Part shown: positions 27,699-38,556 of the stretch, one piece after another
Numbering within the stretch: the stretch's first letter is position 1
How the letters are laid out: each line of letters starts with the position of its first letter
From: Bacillota bacterium
GTDB lineage: Bacteria > Bacillota > Clostridia > Peptostreptococcales > Acidaminobacteraceae
NCBI GenBank assembly: GCA_051744845.1
Contig: JBNJDJ010000002.1
Coordinates: 8,319-72,318, forward strand
Length of the DNA: 64,000 bases
Direction: 5' to 3'
Program-made: the position numbers and the translations under genes
The notes under the pieces: model-generated
The model's input: only the letters and a program-made list of their open reading frames with translations
Database searches by the model: none
What the model was told of the DNA's origin: nothing

Positions 27699-27710
27699 TA
27701 AGGAGGACTT

Positions 27711-28379
27711 ATGGAAAACATATCAATAATTAGTGCATTCTTAGCAGGTTTACTTTCTTTTTTTTCACCATGTGTATTCCCGCTAATACCTGGGTATATA
27801 AGTTATATAGCTAATGATTCAAATAAAAGAATTAAAATTTTAACTAGAAGTTTAGGCTTTGTAATTGGTTTTAGTATAGTCTTTATATTACTCGGTGCTA
27901 CAGCAAGTTTTGTAGGAAATATTTTTTTACAATATAAAGATATATTAATGAAATTTGGAGGTATAATTATTATTTTATTTGGCCTTCAAATGATTGGTTT
28001 ATTTAATTTAAATTTTTTAAATAAAAATAAAAGATTTAAATTACCTAAGTCTGTTAACTGGATAAGCTCTATATTAATTGGCATGGCATTTGGAGCAGGA
28101 TGGACTCCTTGTGTAGGACCTATTTTAGGAAGTATTTTAGTCTTTGCTTCTACTAAATCAACTATTTATGAAGGAGTATTATTATTAACATCATATTCAC
28201 TAGGAATAGGAATCCCTTTTTTATTAACAGCCTTATTATTAAATCAATTAAATAAGTTTCTAAGCAAAGTAGAATCAAAGTTAAATCTTCTTAAAAAAAT
28301 TGGCGGTGTGATCTTAATTATTTTTGGATTGTTAATATTTACAGATAAATTATTTATTATCACAAATTATTTTTATTAA
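27711..28379 (+). CDS. ccdA: Cytochrome c biogenesis-type thiol-disulfide transporter CcdA
   Basis: The two conserved Cys motifs are FFSPCVFPLIPGY and GWTPCVGPILG. 6 TM segments. AAGGAGGA SD precedes the start. Confidence 0.85.
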   Translation: MENISIISAFLAGLLSFFSPCVFPLIPGYISYIANDSNKRIKILTRSLGFVIGFSIVFILLGATASFVGNIFLQYKDILMKFGGIIIILFGLQMIGLFNLNFLNKNKRFKLPKSVNWISSILIGMAFGAGWTPCVGPILGSILVFASTKSTIYEGVLLLTSYSLGIGIPFLLTALLLNQLNKFLSKVESKLNLLKKIGGVILIIFGLLIFTDKLFIITNYFY

Positions 28380-28392
28380 TCAAGGAGGAAAA

Positions 28393-28983
28393 ATGAAAAA
28401 ACTAAGTATATTTTTACTTATTATTCTAATAAGTGTAACTATAATAAGTTGTAAAAACGAAACAGATATTGAAAAAAATGAAGAGCCTAATGAAACTACT
28501 ACTGAAAAGGATATTGAAAAAAATGATGAGATTGAAGAAAGCGAAAGTCAATCTAATAAAAAAGGAATTACAAAAGGAAAGATACCTTATGACATTACTT
28601 TGAAAAATTTAGAAGGTAATACAAAGAGTTTATCTGATTATAAAGGAAAAGTTATTTTTATTAACTTTTGGGCATCTTGGTGCGGGCCTTGTAAACAAGA
28701 AATGCCTGATTTCCAAAAAGCTTATGAAAATATAGATAATAGCTCTTTTGAAATATTTGCAGTTAATGCTGGCGAAGATAAATCTACAGTTAAAAATTTT
28801 GTAGATGAATATGATTATAATTTTCCTATTTACTTAGATGAAAAAGCAAAATATTCCAAAATGTATAATGTAAGAGCAATCCCTACAACTTTGATTATTA
28901 ACAAAAATTATAAAATAGCTAAAGTTCATATTGGTATATTGACTGAAAAAAAGATTAATGAATTTTATAAAGAATTTAAATAA
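28393..28983 (+). CDS. TlpA/ResA-like extracytoplasmic thioredoxin lipoprotein
   Basis: Lipobox IISC. Active site FWASWCGPCKQEMP (CxxC). Confidence 0.85.
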   Translation: MKKLSIFLLIILISVTIISCKNETDIEKNEEPNETTTEKDIEKNDEIEESESQSNKKGITKGKIPYDITLKNLEGNTKSLSDYKGKVIFINFWASWCGPCKQEMPDFQKAYENIDNSSFEIFAVNAGEDKSTVKNFVDEYDYNFPIYLDEKAKYSKMYNVRAIPTTLIINKNYKIAKVHIGILTEKKINEFYKEFK

Positions 28984-28987
28984 AACT

Positions 28988-29021
28988 AAGCATTATCCTA
29001 AAGTTGGATAATGCTTTTTTA
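28988..29021 (+). terminator. Rho-independent terminator of the eutH-ccdA-tlpA operon
   Basis: 11-bp stem AAGCATTATCC / GGATAATGCTT (28988-28998 / 29006-29016), followed by a T-run. Confidence 0.8.
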
Positions 29022-31151
29022 TTAAAGATTTAATTCACTTTTGTGTAACCTAAAATCTATTTCTCTCTTTTCTACACTTACTCTATCTACAACAATCTTT
29101 ACTTTTTGTCCTAATTTATATTCTTTTTTATTTCTCTCACCTATTAATTTTAAGTTTTTCTCATCATATATATAATAATCATCAACTAAATCATTCATAC
29201 TTATTAAACCTTCAACAGTATTATCTAACTGGATAAACATCCCAAAGCTAGTAATAGATGAAATAACTCCAGTATATTCTTTACCAATTTCACTTTTCAT
29301 AAACTCAGCTTTTTTCAAATCAATTACATCTCTTTCTAACTCTTCGGCTACTCTCTCTTGTTTTGAAGAAATATCTGCAACTTTTTTGACTCTCTTTTCA
29401 AGTGATTTTAGATTCTTATCATTCATATTTTTGCCTATTATATCTTTGATAATTCGATGTATTTCTAAGTCAGGATATCTTCGTATAGGCGAAGTAAAAT
29501 GGCAATAATGATCTGCTGCTAGGCCGAAATGCCCTTCATTATAAGGTGAATATTTTGCTTGTTTTAAAGACCTTAACATCATTTTTGAAATAATATATTC
29601 TTCTTCTTTTCCTTTAACTTTTTCAAGTAAGTCTTGAACTTCCTTAGGATGAATTTCATTATCTTTTCCTTTTAACTCGTAACCTAAATTATATATAAAA
29701 GTTTTAAAAGTATTTATTCTATCTTCTTCTGGATCTTCATGAATCCTATAAATAAATGGATATTCTAACCAATAAACAAACTCAGCTATAGTTTCATTAG
29801 CAAGTAACATAAATTCTTCAATTATTTTATTTGATTTACCTCTTTGATATTTATAAATATCTTGCACATAACCTTTATCATCAATAGCAATTTTGGTTTC
29901 AGGAAAATCAAAGTTAATAGAACCTCTGTCAAATCTCTTTTCAGTTAATAAATCCGCTAAATTACTCATAACAAAAAACATATCTTTAACATCTTTATAT
30001 TTTTCTAAATCATCAGCTTTTTCTTTATTTAAAATTCTATTTACATTTTCATAAGTCATCCTATAATCTGAATTAATTATTGATTTATGAATAGATTGAT
30101 CTTGAACTAAACCTTTTTTAGATAATTCAATTTTTACCGATAAAGTCAATCTATCTACATTAGGTTTTAATGAACAAATATTATTTGAAAGATTCTCAGG
30201 AAGCATTGGTATTACTTTATCTGGAAGATAAATACTAGTAGCTCTTTCAATAGCTTCTTTATCAATTGTACCATTCTTTTTTACATAATGAGATACATCT
30301 GCTATATGAACCCAAAGAGTATATCCATCGTTTTTCTTTTTTATAGAAATAGCATCATCAAAATCTCTAGCATCTTTGCCATCTATAGTAACAGTTAATA
30401 AATTTCTAAAATCTTTTCTTTTATTTATTTCTTTTTTAGAAATTTTTTCATTTAAATTATTTGCTTTATTTAAAACCTTCTTATCAAAATCTTGTTTTAT
30501 ATCATAAGATCTTATAATAGATTCTTCTTGAACTTCTGGATCCCCACTTTTACCTAATACTTCTAAAACATATCCTGCAGGATTATTATTTCCATCAGGC
30601 CACTTTTTAACTTTTGCTACAACTTTATCATTATTCTTTGCATTTTTTGCTTTAAACTTAGGAATAAATAAATCCCAATTTATCTTTTTATTATCAGGCA
30701 CTACAAAACCAAAATCTTTTGATTTTTGGAAAGTTCCTACTATTTTCTTATTACCTTTAGATATAACTTTTACAATTTTTCCTTCTTTTTTCTTTGTATC
30801 TGTTTTTTTCTTTACTAACTTAACTGCCACTGTATCTCCATGATTTGCATTATTTATATATCTTTTAGGAATAAAGATATCTTCTTCATCTTTCAAAGAA
30901 GTTATAACAAAACCATATCCTCTTTTAGCAATTTCTAGTTTTCCAGTTTTTACACCAAAATACTTCGGTAATCCATATTTACCTTTTTTAGATTTATAAA
31001 GTTTTCCTTCATCAACTAATTCATCTAATATATCTCTAAATTCATCAAGCTGACCTTTATTAACATCCAAACTTTCTGCTAACTTATAATCAAACATCGG
31101 CGTCTTTTTGTTTTGAACAATATACTCCATAATTTTATTTTTAATATTCAT
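29022..31151 (-). CDS. rnr: Ribonuclease R
   Basis: RNB domain (DGKDARDFDDAISI) and C-terminal S1 domain (GVISSITSFGMFIQL). The ORF-track start at 31160 is GTG; AAAGGAAG precedes the ATG at 31151. Confidence 0.9.
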   Translation of the reverse strand: MNIKNKIMEYIVQNKKTPMFDYKLAESLDVNKGQLDEFRDILDELVDEGKLYKSKKGKYGLPKYFGVKTGKLEIAKRGYGFVITSLKDEEDIFIPKRYINNANHGDTVAVKLVKKKTDTKKKEGKIVKVISKGNKKIVGTFQKSKDFGFVVPDNKKINWDLFIPKFKAKNAKNNDKVVAKVKKWPDGNNNPAGYVLEVLGKSGDPEVQEESIIRSYDIKQDFDKKVLNKANNLNEKISKKEINKRKDFRNLLTVTIDGKDARDFDDAISIKKKNDGYTLWVHIADVSHYVKKNGTIDKEAIERATSIYLPDKVIPMLPENLSNNICSLKPNVDRLTLSVKIELSKKGLVQDQSIHKSIINSDYRMTYENVNRILNKEKADDLEKYKDVKDMFFVMSNLADLLTEKRFDRGSINFDFPETKIAIDDKGYVQDIYKYQRGKSNKIIEEFMLLANETIAEFVYWLEYPFIYRIHEDPEEDRINTFKTFIYNLGYELKGKDNEIHPKEVQDLLEKVKGKEEEYIISKMMLRSLKQAKYSPYNEGHFGLAADHYCHFTSPIRRYPDLEIHRIIKDIIGKNMNDKNLKSLEKRVKKVADISSKQERVAEELERDVIDLKKAEFMKSEIGKEYTGVISSITSFGMFIQLDNTVEGLISMNDLVDDYYIYDEKNLKLIGERNKKEYKLGQKVKIVVDRVSVEKREIDFRLHKSELNL

Positions 31152-31212
31152 AAGTAACACTTCCTTTTATATAATTATACCATTTAATTAGGTACTTAAA
31201 ACAAACTTTATC

Positions 31213-31245
31213 AACAAAAAATATCTCAACCAATTAAATTGAGAT
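31213..31245 (-). terminator. Rho-independent terminator after hemW
   Basis: ATCTCAA / TTGAGAT stem (31223-31229 / 31239-31245), then ATTTTTTGTT on the minus strand. Confidence 0.55.
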
Positions 31246-31253
31246 TAAATAAT

Positions 31254-32387
31254 TTAGATGAATTCTGAAATGATTTGATTAGAAACATTAAAAAACTCTT
31301 TTTTTATAAATAATCTATTTTCCTTAAGTTTTATAACTCCTTGATTTTTCAAAGAATTAATAACATTTTTATATCTATCTAAAAAATCAATTTTATATTT
31401 TTTATTCATTTCATTTATATTTATACCTTCTGTTAATCTCAATCTTAACATTATTTCTTCAAAAATCTTTTCTTCTTTATTTAAAACTTCAACTTCTTCA
31501 ATCGGTTTTTTACCTTTATCTATAGATTTAAAATAATTATCAAAATCAATAAAATTTCCATACCTATTATTATCTAAAAAACCATGAGCTGCAACACCAA
31601 ACCCAAAATAATTATGCCGATGCCAATAAGCTAAATTATGTTTAGACTTATAATCTTTTTTAGAAAAATTGGAAATTTCATATAAATTATAATTATTTTT
31701 TTCTAAAATATTAAGTAAAATTTTATACATTTTGCGATCTAATGCTTCAGATGGCAAATTGAGTTTATTATCTTTTTTTAATTGATAAAATTTCGTTCCT
31801 TTTTCAACTTTTAAACTATAAGCAGAAATATGCTCCGGATTTAAAGAAATTACCTTTTTTAAAGTATCTTTAAATAAATTTTCACTTTGGCTTGGTAATC
31901 CAAACATTAAATCTAAAGATATATTTTCAAATCCTAAATCTCTAGCTAATTTATATTTTTGTTTAAAAAGTTCAAACGTATGAATTCTACCTAGTTTTTT
32001 TAAAATTTTATTATTAGTACTTTGCAAACCAATACTTAATCGATTAATACCTATATCTTTATATTTTTTTAATTTCAATTTATTAATAGTTTTAGGATTT
32101 ATCTCAATTGTAAATTCCTTTAAATTTTTTAAATCATTATATTTCTTTATTCTTTTAAATATCCTTGAAATATATTTTGAAGAAAGTACACTAGGAGTAC
32201 CTCCTCCAATATAAATTGTTTCTATATTACTATTTTTCAAATTCTTTTTATATAAATCAATTTCTTTTATTAAAAATTTAATATACTTATCTATTAAATC
32301 TAGGTTAGTATCAGAAACAAAATCACAATAATAACACTTACTTTTACAAAAAGGAATGTGTATATAAATACTTTTATTCATCATCAT
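31254..32387 (-). CDS. hemW: Radical SAM heme chaperone HemW (HemN-like)
   Basis: [10 protein letters not shown] (CxxxCxxC) and GGGTPS motifs. Three tandem ATGs overlap the lepA 3' end. Confidence 0.85.
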   Translation of the reverse strand: MMMNKSIYIHIPFCKSKCYYCDFVSDTNLDLIDKYIKFLIKEIDLYKKNLKNSNIETIYIGGGTPSVLSSKYISRIFKRIKKYNDLKNLKEFTIEINPKTINKLKLKKYKDIGINRLSIGLQSTNNKILKKLGRIHTFELFKQKYKLARDLGFENISLDLMFGLPSQSENLFKDTLKKVISLNPEHISAYSLKVEKGTKFYQLKKDNKLNLPSEALDRKMYKILLNILEKNNYNLYEISNFSKKDYKSKHNLAYWHRHNYFGFGVAAHGFLDNNRYGNFIDFDNYFKSIDKGKKPIEEVEVLNKEEKIFEEIMLRLRLTEGININEMNKKYKIDFLDRYKNVINSLKNQGVIKLKENRLFIKKEFFNVSNQIISEFI

Positions 32388-34185
32388 ATTTTAATACTTC
32401 TAAAAATGCTTCTTGTGGAATATCTACACTACCAACTTGTTGCATTCTTTTCTTTCCTTCTTTTTGCTTTTGAAGTAATTTTTTCTTTCTTGATATATCT
32501 CCACCATAACATTTACTTGTTACATCTTTTCTTAAAGCTTTTATCGTCTCACGAGCTATAACATTTCCTGAAATAGCTGCTTGTAGTGGAATAGCAAACA
32601 TCTTTCTAGGTATAGTAGTTTTTAATTTTTTGCAAATCTGTCTACCTCTATACTCTGCATTTTGTTTATGCAATATCATTGAAAATGCATCTACTTTTTC
32701 TTTATTTATTAATATATCTAACTTAACTAAATCAGATTTTCTATATTCTAATAATTCATAATCTAGTGAACCATATCCTTTTGTAATAGATTTTAAAGTA
32801 TCAAAAAAATCATAAATAACCTCATTTAAAGGCAATTCATAATGCAAAAGTACTTTAGTTTCATCTAGATACTCCATTGTTAACATAGTTCCGCGTCTAT
32901 CTTCACAAAGTTTCATTACATTACCAATATATTCTTTTGAAACCATAATATCTGCTTTAACAATAGGTTCTTCCATATAATCTATTTGTGTTTTGTCAGG
33001 TAAATTAGATGGATTTTGTACCTTGATCTTTTTACCATCATTTTTTATTACATTATATATAACACTTGGTGAAGTAGATATAATATCTAAATCAAATTCT
33101 CTTCTTAATCTTTCTTGTATTATTTCTAAATGTAATAAACCTAAAAATCCACATCTAAATCCATAACCTAACGCTACAGATGTTTCTGCTTCATATGATA
33201 ACGCAGCATCATTTAATTTAAGTTTTTCTAATGCATCTCGTATATCATCGACTTTTTGATCTCCTAAAGGGTAAATCCCACAATATACCATAGGTGTTAC
33301 TTCTTTATATCCTGGTAAAGCTTTTTTAGTAGGATTATTTGCTGAAGTGATAGTATCTCCTACACTACAGTCTTTTACTTCTTTAATGCTTGCAGTAATA
33401 TATCCAACATCACCAGCTTTAAGTTCATTAACTTCAGTTGCTTTAGGAACATTTATACCTACTTCAACTACTTCATATTCATGTCCATTAGACATCATTT
33501 GAATTTTATCACCTTTTTTTACTTTGCCATCTAAAACTCTTACATAAGCTATAGCTCCTTTATAAGAATCATAAATAGAATCAAATATTAAAGCCTTCAA
33601 AGGTTTATCTTCATCTCCACTAGGAGCCGGAACTTCTTTTACTACTTTTTCTAAAACATCTTTAATATTAACACCATTTTTTGCTGAAATTCTAGGAGCA
33701 TCTTGTGCTAAAAGAGCTAAGTCATCTTCTATTTCTTTAGCAACTTCATCAGGTCTTGCACTATCTAGATCTATTTTATTTAACACAGGTAAAATAGTTA
33801 AACCTACTTCTTCAGCTAAATATACATTAGCCATAGTTTGAGCTTCAACACCTTGAGCGGCATCAACTACTAATAACGCTCCATCACAAGCAGCTAATGA
33901 TCTAGATACTTCATATGTAAAATCAACATGTCCAGGTGTATCGATTAAATTTAAAATATACTCATTACCATCATCAGCCTTATATATTAAACGAGTAGTT
34001 TGTAACTTTATAGTAATTCCACGTTCTTTTTCTAAATCCATTGTATCTAAAACTTGCTCATTCATTTCTCGATTTGTCAATTGTCCAGTCATTTGAATCA
34101 ATCTATCTGCCAATGTAGATTTGCCATGATCTATATGGGCTATAATTGAAAAATTTCTTATTCTTGATTGTCTATCACTTTTCAT
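32374..34185 (-). CDS. lepA: Elongation factor 4 (LepA)
   Basis: [25 protein letters not shown] and the conserved LepA C-terminal domain. Confidence 0.95.
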   Translation of the reverse strand: MKSDRQSRIRNFSIIAHIDHGKSTLADRLIQMTGQLTNREMNEQVLDTMDLEKERGITIKLQTTRLIYKADDGNEYILNLIDTPGHVDFTYEVSRSLAACDGALLVVDAAQGVEAQTMANVYLAEEVGLTILPVLNKIDLDSARPDEVAKEIEDDLALLAQDAPRISAKNGVNIKDVLEKVVKEVPAPSGDEDKPLKALIFDSIYDSYKGAIAYVRVLDGKVKKGDKIQMMSNGHEYEVVEVGINVPKATEVNELKAGDVGYITASIKEVKDCSVGDTITSANNPTKKALPGYKEVTPMVYCGIYPLGDQKVDDIRDALEKLKLNDAALSYEAETSVALGYGFRCGFLGLLHLEIIQERLRREFDLDIISTSPSVIYNVIKNDGKKIKVQNPSNLPDKTQIDYMEEPIVKADIMVSKEYIGNVMKLCEDRRGTMLTMEYLDETKVLLHYELPLNEVIYDFFDTLKSITKGYGSLDYELLEYRKSDLVKLDILINKEKVDAFSMILHKQNAEYRGRQICKKLKTTIPRKMFAIPLQAAISGNVIARETIKALRKDVTSKCYGGDISRKKKLLQKQKEGKKRMQQVGSVDIPQEAFLEVLKYDDE

Positions 34186-34254
34186 TCTTTATTTCCTCCC
34201 TATTTCCATACGAAGTAATTATATCATAGACTTTTCAATTGACAAAACTTTATT

Positions 34255-34288
34255 TAAAATATAAAAGCAAGCTGCAATAGCAACTCGC
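34255..34288 (-). terminator. Rho-independent terminator after the universal stress protein gene
   Basis: Minus-strand RNA forms GCGAGUUGC / GCAGCUUGC (9 bp, two G-U), UAUU loop, then UUUUAUAUUUU. Confidence 0.6.
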
Positions 34289-34304
34289 CTTTATAATAAG
34301 TCTA

Positions 34305-34790
34305 TTATTCTTCTTCTCGAGTAATAAATACAGGTATTTTAGAATTATGAACTACTTTATTAGTTATACTTCCTAGAGTGAATCTTCTTGGTATTGACAT
34401 TCCATGTGTACACATTACAATTACATCAAAATCATTGTTTTCAGCAAATTCAATAATTTTATGAGCTGGTCTTCCTTGTAAAATTTCTGTAGCTATTTCA
34501 ACATCAGTATCTTCGAAATATTTCTTTGCATTATCCATTATTTTATTTCCTATTGCATTTAAGAAATTTTCTGGATAATCTGATTCCTTCTCATATTTCT
34601 TAATCATTTCATCTACATCTACATCTTCTAAATCATAACCACTCTGATAATAAAATGGTTGGTCAAAAGTGTGTTTAACATGTATTAATGTAATTTCTGC
34701 TTCAAATTTAGTTGCAATTTCTTTTGCATAGTCATAAGCTTTAAGACTTGCTTTAGAACCATCAACTGGCACTAGTATCTTTTTAAACAT
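34305..34790 (-). CDS. Universal stress protein (UspA family)
   Basis: MFKKILVPVDGS start, C-terminal GSITNKVVHNSKIPV block and a G-x2-G-x9-GS-like ATP motif region. Confidence 0.8.
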   Translation of the reverse strand: MFKKILVPVDGSKASLKAYDYAKEIATKFEAEITLIHVKHTFDQPFYYQSGYDLEDVDVDEMIKKYEKESDYPENFLNAIGNKIMDNAKKYFEDTDVEIATEILQGRPAHKIIEFAENNDFDVIVMCTHGMSIPRRFTLGSITNKVVHNSKIPVFITREEE

Positions 34791-34920
34791 AGAATTACCT
34801 CCTCCTTTTTTAATCTCAATTTATTAAAGATACTAATACATCTTTAATATATTTATACCTAAGTTTTAGTAATTTAAACATTTAAAATTAAATCACTCTT
34901 AATCTATTTTAAATTAACAA

Positions 34921-34948
34921 TTGATTTATCATAAAAATATGATATAAT
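34921..34948 (+). promoter_or_regulatory. sigmaA-type promoter of rpsT
   Basis: TTGATT (34921-34926), 16-nt spacer ending in TGa, then TATAAT (34943-34948). This leaves a leader of roughly 90 nt. Confidence 0.55.
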
Positions 34949-35045
34949 TTAATACTGTAGTAATGAACAAAATATTTAATTTGAACTTGAATTAATTTTA
35001 TATTCGTGTTAAAGTTTATTTGTTAATAACTAGGGGGTGAAAATT

Positions 35046-35312
35046 ATGCCAATTATTGAATCAGCAAAGAAAAGAGTTAGAGTAACTAAAAACAAAAAAG
35101 AAGTTAATGATAAAAGAAGAAAAGAAATTTCTTTATTAAGAAAAGACTTCGATAATGCTCTTGAAGCTGAAAATAATGAAAAAGCAACTGAAATTTTTAA
35201 TGAATTACAAAAGAAATATCATCAAGCGGCTGAGAAAAACTTATTTCATAAAAAGAATGTTGCCAAAAAAATCTCTAAATTACATAAGAGATTAAACTCA
35301 GTAAAAAATTAA
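35046..35312 (+). CDS. rpsT: 30S ribosomal protein S20
   Basis: MPIIESAKKRVRVTKNKK... is basic and helical, matching the S20 pattern. GGGGGTG SD lies 6 nt before the ATG at 35046 (the ORF-track start at 35037 is the GTG inside the SD). Confidence 0.85.
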   Translation: MPIIESAKKRVRVTKNKKEVNDKRRKEISLLRKDFDNALEAENNEKATEIFNELQKKYHQAAEKNLFHKKNVAKKISKLHKRLNSVKN

Positions 35313-35341
35313 CCGTCACACCCTAAATTTTACTGTTTAAT

Positions 35342-35366
35342 GCGCACTTAAATGTGCGTTTTTTTA
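35342..35366 (+). terminator. Rho-independent terminator of rpsT
   Basis: GC-rich stem CGCAC / GTGCG, followed by T7. Confidence 0.6.
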
Positions 35367-35427
35367 TTATTAATTTTAAATTTATGTTATAATTAAATAA
35401 AAAGACAATACTTTAAGGAGGTATTTT

Positions 35428-36132
35428 ATGAGTCTACATTTAGAAGCTAAAAAAGGAGAAATTGCAGATAAAATTTTATTGCCTGGTGATCCTTTAAGAG
35501 CTAAGTATATTGCTAATAATTTTTTAAAAAATGTAAAAAAATATAATAACGTAAGAGGAATGTACGGTTATACCGGTACATATAAAGGACAAAAAATTTC
35601 TGTTCAAGGAACAGGTATGGGAGTACCATCTATAAGTATATATATCACAGAACTTATTAAAGAATATGATGTTAAAAAACTTATAAGAATCGGAACATCT
35701 GGTTCAATGCAAGAAGATGTTGAAATTAGAGATTTAGTCGTACCTATGAGTGCATCATCTAACTCAAATATGTCAAATAAAATCTTTGGGTTTGATTCAT
35801 ATGCTCCAACACCATCTTTTGATTTATTTAAATCAGCTCTAAAGGTAAGTGAAAATTTAGATCTTGAATTTAAAAGTGGTTCTATTTTAACTAGTGATAA
35901 TTTTTATTCATATAATAAAGATTTTCCAAATCCATGGAAGGAATTTAATGTACTTGCTGTAGAAATGGAGACTTCTGCATTATTTACAATAGCAAATCAA
36001 TATAATGTAGATGCATTATCTATTTTAACAATAAGTGATTCTATATTAACTGGGGAAACTATTACACACGAAGAAAAAGAAAAATCACTTAATAATATGA
36101 TTAATTTAGCATTAGAAACTATTATAGATTAA
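35428..36132 (+). CDS. deoD: Purine nucleoside phosphorylase, DeoD type
   Basis: HLEAKKGEIA, LLPGDPLRA, SVQGTGMG, GTSGS and VEMET motifs. Confidence 0.9.
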   Translation: MSLHLEAKKGEIADKILLPGDPLRAKYIANNFLKNVKKYNNVRGMYGYTGTYKGQKISVQGTGMGVPSISIYITELIKEYDVKKLIRIGTSGSMQEDVEIRDLVVPMSASSNSNMSNKIFGFDSYAPTPSFDLFKSALKVSENLDLEFKSGSILTSDNFYSYNKDFPNPWKEFNVLAVEMETSALFTIANQYNVDALSILTISDSILTGETITHEEKEKSLNNMINLALETIID

Positions 36133-36142
36133 GGAGAAATTT

Positions 36143-36805
36143 ATGAAAAATATTTCTGCATTTGATTCTTTAGGTCCTATAATGGTCGGCCCTTCAAGTT
36201 CTCATACTGCCGGTGCAGTAAAGATCGGATTAATTGGTAATAAATTAGCAAATAATAAAATAACTTCTACTAAGTTTTATCTTCATGGTTCTTTTGCTAA
36301 AACTTATAAAGGACACGGTACAGATAAAGCTTTACTAGGTGGAATATTAGGATTTAATGAAAAAAATAGTAAATTAAAAAAAGCTTTTGAAATAGCAGAC
36401 AAAAACAATTTAAAATATGAATTTATTCCTAAGGATTTAGGAGATGTACATCCTAATTCAGTCTTAATGGATATTGAAACTGAAAAAGGCGAAAATATTG
36501 AAATACAAGGTTCATCAATAGGTGGTGGAGCAATTATTATCACAAGTCTAAATGGACTTGAGACTGAATTTAGCGGAGAAAATCCTACTATCTTAACTTA
36601 TCATAAAGATCAACCAGGAGTAGTAGCAAAATTAACAACTATATTAGCTAAATACAACTTAAATATTTCATATATGAAAGTCTTAAGAAAAGAAGGTACT
36701 GACATGGCTAATATGGTAATTGAAGTAGATAACCCTTTTGAAGAATCTTTAAAAAATGAAATTGCAACAAAAATAGACGCAATCGAAAATCTTTATATGA
36801 TATAG
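36143..36805 (+). CDS. sdaAB: L-serine dehydratase, beta subunit
   Basis: GPSSSHTAG motif and a C-terminal ACT-like domain. It sits immediately upstream of the alpha subunit. Confidence 0.9.
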   Translation: MKNISAFDSLGPIMVGPSSSHTAGAVKIGLIGNKLANNKITSTKFYLHGSFAKTYKGHGTDKALLGGILGFNEKNSKLKKAFEIADKNNLKYEFIPKDLGDVHPNSVLMDIETEKGENIEIQGSSIGGGAIIITSLNGLETEFSGENPTILTYHKDQPGVVAKLTTILAKYNLNISYMKVLRKEGTDMANMVIEVDNPFEESLKNEIATKIDAIENLYMI

Positions 36806-36814
36806 GGAGGATAT

Positions 36815-37684
36815 ATGCATTTTAAAAATGGAAAAGAACTTTTAAAAATCTGTAATGATAATAATATGAAAATTTTTGAAGTTATGATTAAAAGAGAATG
36901 CAAAAAATTTAATATTTCTAAAAAAGAAGCGATAAATAAAATGATAGAGAGATTTGAAACAATGGAAAAAGCCATTGAAAAAGGAATAAAAGAATCTAAT
37001 AAATCCTTTACAGGTTTAATTGGAGGCGAAGCAAAAGCTTTAGATGAATACTCTAAAACAAAGTCAATATCTGGACCTCATATGATAAATAGTATTAAAA
37101 ATGCATTAGCTACTATGGAGCAAAATTCTAAAATGGGTAAAATCGTAGCAGCTCCTACAGCTGGTTCTTGTGGTATATTACCTGGAGTATTGATTACAAC
37201 AGCTAAAGAATTTGATATCCCTAAAAAGAAAGTTATTAACGCTTTATTTACTGCTTCAGCAATTGGTTATATAGTTTCAAGAAACGCTACTGTTAGCGGA
37301 GCAGAAGGCGGATGCCAAGCTGAAACAGGTACTGCATCAGCGATGGCTGCAGCTGGATTAGTTGAAATGTTTGACGGAACTGCTCAACAAGCTTTATCTG
37401 CTGCATCGTTTACATTAAAAAATATTTTAGGTTTAGTTTGTGATCCTGTTGCTGGTTTAGTAGAGCTTCCTTGTGCTAAAAGAAATGCTTTAGGAGTCTC
37501 TAATGCAATGATTTGTTCTGATATGGCACTTGCTGGTATAAAAACTAGAATACCTTTTGATCAAGTTGTAGAATCTTTATATAGAGTTGGTAAAAAGATG
37601 AATCCTGATTTAAAAGAAACTGCAAATGGCGGTATAGCTATAACCGAAGCTGCTAAAAGATACGAAAAACATATATTTAAATAA
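36815..37684 (+). CDS. sdaAA: L-serine dehydratase, alpha subunit
   Basis: APTAGSCGILPG, GAEGGCQAE and LPCAKRN Fe-S ligand regions. Confidence 0.9.
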   Translation: MHFKNGKELLKICNDNNMKIFEVMIKRECKKFNISKKEAINKMIERFETMEKAIEKGIKESNKSFTGLIGGEAKALDEYSKTKSISGPHMINSIKNALATMEQNSKMGKIVAAPTAGSCGILPGVLITTAKEFDIPKKKVINALFTASAIGYIVSRNATVSGAEGGCQAETGTASAMAAAGLVEMFDGTAQQALSAASFTLKNILGLVCDPVAGLVELPCAKRNALGVSNAMICSDMALAGIKTRIPFDQVVESLYRVGKKMNPDLKETANGGIAITEAAKRYEKHIFK

Positions 37685-37716
37685 TTTGAGGTGAAATTAT
37701 TAAAAAAATAAAAAAT

Positions 37717-38514
37717 ATGTCGTTATCAGAATATCTAATTGGAATAAATATATTCATCTATATAATAATGAATTTTTATCACTTATTAATTGAAAACAAC
37801 TTTACAAAAGTACTTATTACTTTTGGAGCAAAAATAAATTATTTAATTGCAGAGGGACAATATTTTAGGTTCTTAACTCCTATATTTATCCATATTAATT
37901 TATATCATATTGCTTTTAACTGTCTTGCATTATATATAATTGGTAGGGATTTAGAAAATATATTTGGCAAAAAGAAGTTTTTAATAATCTATTTTTTCTC
38001 TGGTATAATTTCAACTGTTGGCAGTTTTATGTTTAATAACTCTATTTCAGCTGGTGCATCCGGAGCTATTTTTGGACTATTAGGTTGCCATTTATTTTTA
38101 TATCTAAATTATAAAGAAATTTATAAAAAACTTTATGGTAATTCGTTTTTAGTTTTAATTGCTATAAATATAGCCTTTGGGTTTATTAATAGTAGAATTG
38201 ATAATGTTGGACATATTGGCGGTTTACTAGCCGGTTTATTAATTGCTTCAATTGTAGACATAAAAAAGTATAAGTTATTAATAAAAAGACAATTACTTTT
38301 AGGTTTTACAGTGCTTTTATTATTTTTTATAAGTTTTTGGTCAATTAATAACTACAAAAATTCAACAGATTATTATATTTATAAAGCAGTTACATTAACT
38401 CGAACTAACCAATTAACTGATGCTAAAAACACTGTAAAAAAAGGAATAGAAAAATTCCCTAATAATAAGTCTATCAAAGATTTATCCAATGAATTAGATA
38501 AAATTAATAATTAA
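37717..38514 (+). CDS. Rhomboid-family intramembrane serine protease
   Basis: GASGAIFGLLG (catalytic Ser), HIGGLLAG (catalytic His) and HINLYHIAFN. The C-terminal tail looks TPR-like. Confidence 0.8.
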   Translation: MSLSEYLIGINIFIYIIMNFYHLLIENNFTKVLITFGAKINYLIAEGQYFRFLTPIFIHINLYHIAFNCLALYIIGRDLENIFGKKKFLIIYFFSGIISTVGSFMFNNSISAGASGAIFGLLGCHLFLYLNYKEIYKKLYGNSFLVLIAINIAFGFINSRIDNVGHIGGLLAGLLIASIVDIKKYKLLIKRQLLLGFTVLLLFFISFWSINNYKNSTDYYIYKAVTLTRTNQLTDAKNTVKKGIEKFPNNKSIKDLSNELDKINN

Positions 38515-38518
38515 ATAT

Positions 38519-38551
38519 AAAAAATGCTATTTTTTAAAATAGCATTTTTTA
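38519..38551. terminator. Bidirectional terminator between the rhomboid gene and fabI
   Basis: Palindrome AAAATGCTATTT..AAATAGCATTTT flanked by an A-run and a T-run. Confidence 0.7.
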
Positions 38552-38556
38552 ATATT

